A stretch of 64,000 nucleotides of DNA, taken from NCBI GenBank assembly GCA_951406725.2, contig OX597823.1:74648001-74712000 (forward strand). Reading direction: 5' to 3'. The first letter of the stretch is position 1; each line of letters opens with the position of its first letter. Position numbers and translations under genes: made by a program. This DNA comes from Octopus vulgaris. Lineage: Eukaryota. The notes under the pieces are model-generated. The model was not told the origin of the DNA, did no database searches, and worked only from the letters and a program-made list of their open reading frames with translations. Shown piece after piece: positions 54,368 through 64,000 of the stretch.

Positions 54368-54529
54368 ATATATATATATATACACACACACATATATATA
54401 TATATATATACATGAATATAGCGACCAACGTTCGATAAGTGCCAACAAGCGAAAATCTCGGACCATGAGTCCCTGTGTTGCTTCTTTTGAATGTCAATAC
54501 GTATACACATACATACATACATACATACA

Positions 54530-54565
<36 letters not shown>

Positions 54566-55170
54566 TATATATGTATATATATGTATATATATATGTATAT
54601 GTGTGTGTGTACATATATGTACATACACACACACACACACATATATATGTATATACATACACAAATCTACATACATGCGTATATATTGATATAACACGGT
54701 GTTGAGTTCCATAGGGTTCATACATAGTGCGACAAATTTTATGCGTTTCGCTTCTGTAAACAAGCTTGATATAATCAGAAAATTTCATGTTACAAAGTCA
54801 ATTTACGGCTTTCAAAATGTAACTAGTGTGTGCATCCATTAGTTAGATAACACAGCAACACTCTCGGCTTGTTTTAATAATCAATTGAACAGCGTTTTGA
54901 CAATTATCCAGCAACATCTATATCATTCACTCCTTCAGAATGTAAGAAAAGTTTCTCAGAAGCATCGAGATACAACCAAAACTATATGCGTCTTTTTCTT
55001 GTCAGTAAACTTACATATACTCATATACAGGCGCAATCGCATTAATTACATAGCAGCATGCTTACATACGCGTATTTATATCTCCCTCCACAGCTCTTTC
55101 TTTATATGTATATAGATAGATGGAAAAAAAAAATATATATATAAATACACGCACACACATATATTGATGC

Positions 55171-55205
<35 letters not shown>

Positions 55206-55211
55206 TGTATG

Positions 55212-55259
<48 letters not shown>

Positions 55260-56132
55260 TCAATATATGTGTGTGAGTGTATTTATATACACATGCACAC
55301 TTGCACCTACACACATATATATATATATATATATATGGAGGATTGTGTGTATACACACACATACATGCATATATACAATTTTACACACATACAAACATAA
55401 ATACATATCGCACATACATACATGCATACAGGCACACGTTTGTGTATGTGCAAGTATGCAACACGATTGTTTCCCCTATTTTCTAATTTTCTACTTGCCT
55501 GAAAAATTGATCAATCTAGTGAAAGTAGAAAAAATAATCAAAGAGCACGAAGAAACAGCGGGAGAAGATAAGCAGCGAAGTGTTCCTTATTTTCTTTATT
55601 GATTATCTATTTGTTCTTCCCCAATTGTTGTTCGTTATTTTATAAATATTTGCCTCAATTGATTTTATTTGTTTTACTCCTATAATATCGTCTACGTTTT
55701 AACATACATACGCGCATGCAGATACTATAATACAAGTAATATATCAGTTTTATTTTAGGCCAAAATATTTGAAAATAATCCATATTGACAACAAAAAGAA
55801 AGAAAGCGGTATTGAATTTGCTAAATATGCAAATCACCAATGTAACGATAAATATGGAAGATTCAACGTCATGTGCAATGAAATAACAATAAACAAACTA
55901 TAGTCATAAGCTTATAGATAAATACACATGTATATGCATATTTCTGCAGAAATCAATGATTAAATACATGAGTAACTACAGCCATAAATTGATATTTTTG
56001 TGAGATATTGCTACCGTTTGTCTCTCCATATTCCGCAACATACACACAAAGCCATACACACCTACACACATATATACATGTTCACAGAGAAATATATATA
56101 TATATATATATAATATATATATATATGTATAT

Positions 56133-56182
<50 letters not shown>

Positions 56183-56193
56183 CTATATGCGTA

Positions 56194-56232
<39 letters not shown>

Positions 56233-56240
56233 CTATATGC

Positions 56241-56291
<51 letters not shown>

Positions 56292-56398
56292 TATCTATAT
56301 GTATATTTACATATCTATATATATATGTGTTTAATAATTAGAAGACAAGTGTACGTGCACAAGAAATGTATTAGCTTGCCGCTCGGTAATAGGAGTGA

Positions 56399-56434
56399 GT
56401 TTGATATTTCGATCATGACTCTTCGTCGGAAAAG
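56399..56434 (-). ncRNA. Degenerate hammerhead-like motif in a (TA)n-flanked remnant
   Basis: Minus strand: ttt-CCGACGA-agagtcatgatc-GAA-ATAT-C-aaa. The core has U4C and stem II is weak. Confidence 0.3.
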
Positions 56435-56513
56435 AGAAAGGGTAAGGCCACTGAAGGAAAAGAAATCTCCATCAGCACGTGTGTACCGACATTGCAGAAG
56501 TCATGATATATGC

Positions 56514-56565
<52 letters not shown>

Positions 56566-57231
56566 AGTTGCTTGAAACGGTCGTTCTGCATTACCTCTGG
56601 ATATCCTTGTTGCTTATTTTTATTATTATTATATATATATATATATATATATGATGTAACTTACTAAACATAGTTCAACAAATTCAATCATAATTTACAT
56701 AAGTAAATGAGATTAGATGATAATATGGTATGATAATTTTTATTCTATAGCTATATAATAATTTCATAGAGAAAGACAGTAAGTCCATTTTAAGAATCTG
56801 AGTGGTCAAAAAGTACTCATTACTAGCCGAAAAGATGGAAAAAGCTGAAACGACATTAGGATTACACAAGTGTGATGATTTTAGTCATTTTTGTAATGTG
56901 CCTTTGTCCTTGGAGTTATGTCTCTTTAACACAAGACTAAGGAATGATGCTTGGATGCTGGTATATATAATACTAATAGGGGTAACATTCTCCCTAAAGA
57001 TTAGGAAGAGGAGCTAATTTAAAGCTCCCATATATGTAGTAAAAACCTGGTGTTGTTGCATCTTACGGAAAAGGACTACCAAAATAAGGAAGTCCGGTGA
57101 TTTGAAATACTGGGGACTAAAATTTATAATTGAACCGTCAATAATCAATAGGGCTAAGTAAATAGGAAAAAATATTTTATTGTAATCATAGATGTATTGT
57201 GAAACTTAGATAAACTATCTAAGTTTATCTA

Positions 57232-57284
<53 letters not shown>

Positions 57285-59039
57285 TAGTAAAAACGTTAAG
57301 ATAACAAAAGAAAGAAAGAGACCTCAATATTATGTAAATAGAGGAAATTTAACTGATATGTGACAATTATTCGAATTGTCACATATTATTTTACAGATAT
57401 ATATATATATATATATTTGTGGTATATAACATTTATCACATATATATATATACATAAATATTCCAATTAAAGGATGCATTCTTAGTCAACACACCCACAC
57501 CCGTATATATATATATATATATAAATGTATAAAACATCTTATACAACAATGGTAACGAGTGCTGAGCAATGCCTTGGTGGATAAATATTCTTTATATATA
57601 GGCTAAGTCTAACATTGTTCTCATGTTAAGGGAGATAACTCAACAATTTTCAGGTCTATTACATGAACATCAATGTTCATTTCCATTTTGGATTAAAGTG
57701 TATATGCTGGAGTGGTAGTGGTGGTGTGCGCATGTGTGCTTATGTTTGTCTGTGCCTGTGTGCATTTATCTGTAATTGGTCATGCTTGTATTTGCTTGAG
57801 TGTGTCTATGTTATTTGGTTATTTCTCTCAATATGTATCATGTATTTATTTGTGTAAGTACTTGGTAGACTTTATACTGCTTTATATCATGTCATTCATA
57901 ACAATCTTTAAACTTGTAATATCATATCTATATCATTATTTCGTTTCTTTAGATAATATTGATTAAGATTTTACTCAGAAATTGGTTTCTAAAATTATTT
58001 CACAAACCAGCATGGAATCAACTCTGCATTACTTTACTAAATCTTATTGCAACGTATTACGTTTATCATCCTCTAATATTCTCAGACATATATTCATATT
58101 ACTTTTTGCTTTGATAAACTTACAAACATAGAACTTGTAAGATTTACATTTTGCATTATACTGTCATCTCATCATTAGTCTAATTGAATATTCATATTCA
58201 TTTTTCTTTTAAATGTTGTATTTATCTGAATATCTATCTGCACTCTCTGTCGCTCTCTCTCTCTCAATCCCCCTCTTTCTCTCCCTCCCTCCCTCCCTCT
58301 CCCTCTCCACCTCTCTCTCTTCCTTTCTTTATATGTATATGCACACACATATATATAAGGACAAAAGCAAGCACATCTATTTATATATCTACGTATCTAT
58401 CTATCTATCTATGTTCATCTCTTCTCCTCTCTATCTCTCTTCCACACACACACATACACACACACACACACACACACATATGTACTCATATAGATGATAA
58501 GAGCAGAAATTACCATTGGTGTAAAGGGTCTACAAATGACACAGAACATGTCTCGTACGTAGGTTAGCGAATTGTGAATATGTATAAATGCAATTCAGAA
58601 TATGTGATGCAAATCTATGTAAATCTTCCCCCATACCAAATATCTCCTTTCACAAATATATGCTAATATAATACATATCGGTTTCAAGTCACCTCATAAT
58701 CTCAGACAATTTAATTTTTCAGTTACAACTTGTGATCTCCAGACTGAGGAATTGAAGTACGATGTTATATAACATGCACTCTGTCGTCTAGCGCCTCAGC
58801 ACATAATTAACCAATAAAAATTGACAGTATAGGCTTCACAAACAAATAACTATTTCCGTTGGTCGTTTTAAAATGTTCTTGTGACCTTCATTAACGACCT
58901 TCATTTATACATAATGTGACTTCACGTGGATAATGGGGCTCCATGCATCGTTAGGAGCTTTTGTGATTTCTTGTCCATCTCCTTTAGCTCTTCCTCTGTC
59001 CACCCCAGTATTCCAGCACCATACCGATCCACAACGATT

Positions 59040-59495
59040 GGCTGCAAGTGTATTGCCGAAATTATGTTTGTAGCATTCAGCTTTCACTTCATGTAGTGGA
59101 GTTCGATTTCATCTGCCCCGAGTATTCCCTGGTATTTATAGCTGGACTGATGTTGAATTAGCTTCATTATTTCACCACTTGTCAACCATATGCTTTCTGT
59201 CCCGGCAAACTTTCCTCGTCTCATCACCATCGTAGCACATTTTAAGAGTTCATACTCTATCTCAATATCATTGGAAAAAATCTGCACAGATTGAACTAGG
59301 CTGTCCAGTTCTGCCTCACTTTTTGTGAATAGGCTCAATTCGTCCATGAATAGCAAGTGGTTCAATTTTCCCTTACCCCATTTCAAATAAAAAAAACAAC
59401 TTTGTTTTCAAAAGTATTTCTGTCGAGTGAATCATTCCCAGTACGAATATCAGCGGGGACACACTGTCCACGTGGAGGATACCCCACTTGATTTT
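59040..59495 (-). pseudogene. R4/Dong-type reverse transcriptase fragment
   Basis: DSVSPLIFVLGM then LNHLLFMDELSLF..LVQSVQIFSNDI..KCA..RGK..YKYQGI, matching the HLLFMDD and YKYLG motifs. Confidence 0.8.
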
Positions 59496-59577
59496 CACCT
59501 CTCCTAATAATTGCTTCGATGCAGTCAATTCCCTTATTATTGCCGTTATTATTACTCTTTCTCTTTTACCCTTTTAC

Positions 59578-59962
59578 TTGTTTCAGTCATTTGACTGCGG
59601 CCATGCTGGAGCACCGCCTTTAATCGAGCATCTCGACCCCGAGACTTATTCTTTTGTAAGCCCAGCACCCACTCCATCGGTCTCCTTTTGCCAAACCGCT
59701 AACATAAACACACCAGCATCGGTTGTCAAACAATGCTAGGGACACACACACAAACACACTCACGCATATATATATATATATATATATATATACGACGGGC
59801 TTCTTTCAGTTTCCGACTACCAAATCCACTCACAAGGCTTTGGTCGGCCCGAGGCTATAGTAGAAGACACTTGCCCAAGGTGCCACGTAGTGGGACTGAA
59901 CCCGGAACCATGTGGTTGGTAAACAAGCTGCAAGCTACTTACCACACAGCCACTCCTGCGCC
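59578..59962 (-). mobile_element. SINE family A, well preserved
   Basis: Head ggcgcaggagtggctgtgtggtaagtagc and tail aaggcggtgctccagcatggccgcagtcaaatgactgaaac. Confidence 0.9.
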
Positions 59963-59972
59963 TATTTCACCA

Positions 59973-59973
59973 C

Positions 59974-60011
<38 letters not shown>

Positions 60012-60155
60012 GTAGTAGTAGTAGTAGTAGTAGCAGTAGTAGTAGTAGTAGCAGAAGCAGTAGTGGTAGTAAGCAGTAGTAATAGTAGTAGCAGCAGCAG
60101 CAGCAGTAGTAGTAGCAGCAGCAGCATTAGTAGTAGTAGTAGTAGTAGTAGTATC
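59973..60155. repeat. (TTA)n-(TAG/CAG)n array
   Basis: Seen directly. It abuts the 3' end of the R4/Dong fragment. Confidence 0.92.
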
Positions 60156-60570
60156 ATTGCCTTTGCACAGCTTCTAACAGAGGAGATGTACTACGTTGAC
60201 AGCTGTTCACTAGCAGTGAACTTATTTTTCGAGCACCATCCGGAGTATTCGAGCGGTTCCAAGCAATGTTGTTTTCTGCAAGTGCTCCCTTCTTATTGCA
60301 GCCCCTATTTGTTCCATGTACTTCTCAAGACTTTCACTCACTATTCGCAGGACTCCGACAATTATTGGTATTACCACCACGTTTCATCGACCACAACTGC
60401 TTAACCTCCCGAGCTAACCTGTCATATCTGTCGATTTTCCTTCTTCTTTATCGCATATTTTGTTGTTAGCTGGGCATGCTATATCTATGATCCAATATGA
60501 TTTTCTTTCTTTCTCAATTAAGACTATGTCTGGCTTCTTTCTTTTTCAATTAAGATTATGTCTGGCTGCT
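60156..60570 (-). mobile_element. 3' end of an R4/Dong-type element with restriction-like endonuclease
   Basis: KPDIVLIEKERKSYWIIDIACP..KIDRYDRLAREVKQLW..VIPIIVGVL..LQKTTLLGTARILRMVLEK* shows the PD..D motif, with two frameshifts. Confidence 0.85.
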
Positions 60571-62875
60571 TTCTGAAACAGTCCCTGAATAAGAGTTGTT
60601 GAAGGATGTTGAAAGAAACACCTATGTTTCTAAAGGTGAATTATTCAAACCACAAAGAATTCCTTTCATCCCATGGTTATGATGCTCTCCCACTACTTAT
60701 GCTCGTGATCAGACATGCACATATCGTGATCCACTAAGGGGCAGGCTTAACTGGTTAAGGTACAAAGAATATAAAATAAACGGACAAGCAAATCTATGGT
60801 ATTGTGCAGAATATTTGCTGTAGCCCTACTTTTAATATTATTATTATTATTAGAGCATTTAAATCGAGACAATATATTACGACATTCAACATCTAGATTA
60901 CGTGGGTTAAATTCAGTGGTTACATTGCAGCAAATATAACAGAAATGCAAGCTTAGCACTGCATAATAACTGATGGCCAAAAAGAAAAAAAAAAGAAGAA
61001 AAAAGACTCCCCTGCTACGCGGATAAAATGCGTTACTGAAATTATATAGGGAAGTTATGTTTTAACTTATATGTATGCGGATGTTGAGATTTATAAAGCT
61101 AAGCTAACAAGATGAGAAACATAAAAAAGATATGAATTGAGAGAACAGATAACTGACCCTGAAGGAAATGAATAACAAACCATTGAATATAAAAGATGTA
61201 AGAGAGAATGTTACTACTGAAATATAACAAAACAAGAAGTACTCGACATCAAAGAACGCCCAAGAGAACAGACCTTGCTAAGACGCGTACATAATGTGTC
61301 TGTCTAAAAAGTGACAAATATTTTCTTTTTTGTCTCCTGCAAAAAATATACATAGAAAATATGACTCCCACACAAAAGGATTTAATTAACAAATAGATCA
61401 AATACAAAATCAAACAATGAAGCATCAGCAGTAAGAAAAGTGTAAATTCTCCAGGCGAGTAGACAGTGAATGAATCACCAGAGACAAGATGAATCAAAGC
61501 AATGAATACAGAAATTTGAATACCACAAGTAGCGTATACACTTCAGATTTGGAAATGATACCATCTCAATCAACTGATTAAAATATTTAACTAGGAATAA
61601 CATCTAATATTTTAGCGCAAATGTCAGAGAAAATGTATAACTGGTTCTCTGGATAGAAATCCATTTTGATATCTACGTCCAAAGAAACAGCGAAATGTAA
61701 GCAACACCACAACTTTAGATTTCCGTGTACAGCTCGCAAATTTCACAATATTATCGCCGAGTCAAGGATTAGCAACCAGATTATTTTCGACAGTTTCCCT
61801 GGGAATATTAAGCATGAATAAAATAGCACCTTTATAGATGCGTTATAGATGCGTTATAGATGAAAGGGGCTAGAGGATCAAAATATCTCACTGAACCCCA
61901 AGCCGATATACAATGATGTACGCTGTATCAAATATTGTCATAATATATAGATGTTGAGAAAAAAACAATATATCATATTTTCGGGGTATTTTAGTATTTT
62001 TAGTCGATAATTTAGTGGCAAGAATTTGTAATCTGGTACACCTGATTTTATGTGAGTCTTATGGAATTCGAGAAGAATATAACTGGATTTAATCAGCCCC
62101 ATTAAACAAGCAGTTAATGAGAAAAGATAAGTTGACCTGGAATTACTGTCACATACTAATCAAAAGGCACTAATTTTGTTTTCAGAAAGAAGTACAGGAA
62201 TTTCGCAAATGTAATATAACAATGTTATATTCACTCGTTATAACTGGAAATAAAGATATCACAAAATAAAACGTCATTTGTAAGTGTTGAAGTAAAAAAA
62301 CTTCATGCTTTTATTAACTGCTTTCGATGTCATGCAGGATTTCGTGCACTTTTATCTAGAAATATCTGGCTTTTACATCTCTATGTTCCTTCTATGTTAT
62401 TTATGTTAGGTTTGTAGCAGCTAACAGCATCTTCGAAATGGGCATATATTCTCCTTTATCAAATTGAAATCAGAATATTTCAAAATATTATTACAGCTGA
62501 TTCTAATTATATTTCGCTCAATGTTTTGTTTATATTCGGGTCACGTTTTCTCTGCCGTCACAAGTAGCATTTGAATGTATTCGAGTAGTTCATCATCATG
62601 CATATCATTGCCGTTAATCTGTCGTATTGCTTAAGAGAATTTGCTACTCTATTACAACATAAGAACCTACCAAATAGAAGTTTCCTATTGTCACAACATA
62701 ACTCAGCAGAATTTCATGTACCTGTATTGCATAGAGGTAGCACAAGACCTTGTGGAACACAAGGCCTCGTAGAAACAAATCCCATAAACATATATATTTT
62801 TAAACATATATACAAGATGTAACTACCGATATAAATCTTAGCAGATTCTGAAAATTTAATGATTATATTAAAATA

Positions 62876-63442
62876 TTGGGTTGTCCTGAATGCTCGTACC
62901 GAGTTTTAAAGGAAAGAAAAAGGTCAATAAATACTTACCATTAAATTTTTAATCAACAAAATATCAACCATGTTGTTGCACAATGCGTCTCCATCTTTCC
63001 TTTAACTTGAACATACCTCCTTCGCAGAATTGAGATGGTTTCATGGCAAAGACTTCATCAAGGTATCTTTTTACGCCAAACAAGGAATTGAAATTTTCAT
63101 CATTAAGACTATTCTGCAGAGACCTGACTAAGTGGAAATCCGAAGGAGCAATATCTGGTGAATATGGAGGGTAGTGTAACACATCCCAGCCGAGATGCAG
63201 CAATTTTTGTCTGGTTCCCAAAGCATCAAGTGTCGAAAATGAACTTTTTTTTCTTCCATTTTAAAGCGTTACAGAATTAACACCGGTTATAGGAACATAA
63301 ACCTTCTTCCATGAAAAGATAGCTTAAAATGTGCTCGAAATGGAGGTGTAGTCAAATCCTATTTTATGAACTCAAACATGTTCTAAAATAAGTCGAAACG
63401 TAAGCTTACTATAAATCGGCACGAACTTTCTGGACAACCCAA
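62876..63442 (-). mobile_element. Internally deleted mariner element
   Basis: TIRs ttgggttgtcctgaatgctcgtaccga / tcggcacgaactttctggacaacccaa, TA on both sides, and C-terminal peptide LGWDVLHYPPYSPDIAPSDFHL..LKERW. Confidence 0.92.
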
Positions 63443-63486
63443 TAATATTCTATTTTATTGTCTTAAAACATTAAATATTACTTTAT

Positions 63487-63622
63487 TTTCTACTCTAGGC
63501 ACAAGGGTCAACATTTTTGGGGAGTGGGCCAGCCGATTAGATCGTCCCCAGTGCGCAACTGGTATTTAATTTATCGACTCCGAAAGGATGAAAGGCAAAG
63601 TCGACCTCAGTGAAATTTGAAT
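63487..63622 (-). mobile_element. 5'-truncated SINE family B
   Basis: cccagtgcgcaactggtatttaatttatcgactccgaaaggatgaaaggcaaagtcgacctc. Confidence 0.8.
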
Positions 63623-63960
63623 TCACTTAAAATATTAGTGTCCATTCAAAGTTGGTGGCTTTTGAATTACGAAAGCTTATAAAGAAGAAGGAGATAGAAT
63701 GAACAGATAGAATAATGAAGGGGAGATAACCAACACTACAATATACATGGTAAAAATAAGGAAATCAGATGGGAATGATATATGGCATGTCCTGATGTTT
63801 ATTTTTATATTCCGCCAACAAGTATTGTATTTTCAATGCGGACGTATGGAAAAATCTCGTTCTCGCAGTCATAAGAGACTAATGAGTTCGTTTAAAGATG
63901 TTGTCTTTCGAGAGTTAATATTGAACGTATATTTGACATGTTAATATATATAGTTTGGTT

Positions 63961-64000
63961 AAGGCAGCGAGCTGTCAGAAACTTCAGGACACCGGGCGAA
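63961..64000 (+). mobile_element. Start of a SINE family B copy, cut by the window edge
   Basis: aaggcagcgagctgtcagaaac...caccgggcgaa. Confidence 0.7.

Noticed and set aside
59880-59962. tRNA gene
   Set aside because: The A/B boxes belong to a SINE head that continues into the SINE body, and no full cloverleaf forms.
59733-60404. Longest ORF (223 aa)
   Set aside because: It is a read-through of an antisense SINE, a trinucleotide array and an antisense RLE fragment.

Overview
AT-rich eukaryotic DNA, dense in repeats, with no host protein-coding gene that I can recognise. Nearly all listed ORFs are translations of (TA)n, (CA)n or (AAT)n microsatellites. Two recurring tRNA-derived SINE families and the microsatellite load suggest an octopus (coleoid cephalopod) genome, which is an inference. 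The window holds a 5'-truncated Penelope-like element (RT + GIY-YIG), a decayed complete MULE-type transposon, mariner/Tc1 relics, CR1-group LINE 3' ends and R4/Dong-type fragments in (TAA)n arrays. It also holds a ~1 kb inverted duplication and several palindromes. The most notable signal is a set of minimal type I hammerhead ribozyme (HHR) motifs. The best case is a non-coding, highly structured ~363-bp unit at 18059-18782, directly behind the Penelope element. It has direct and inverted partial copies and two opposed hammerheads with a compensatory U3-A8 core, as expected for a retrozyme or non-autonomous PLE. All alignments, translations and folds were done by eye, and boundaries of decayed elements are approximate.
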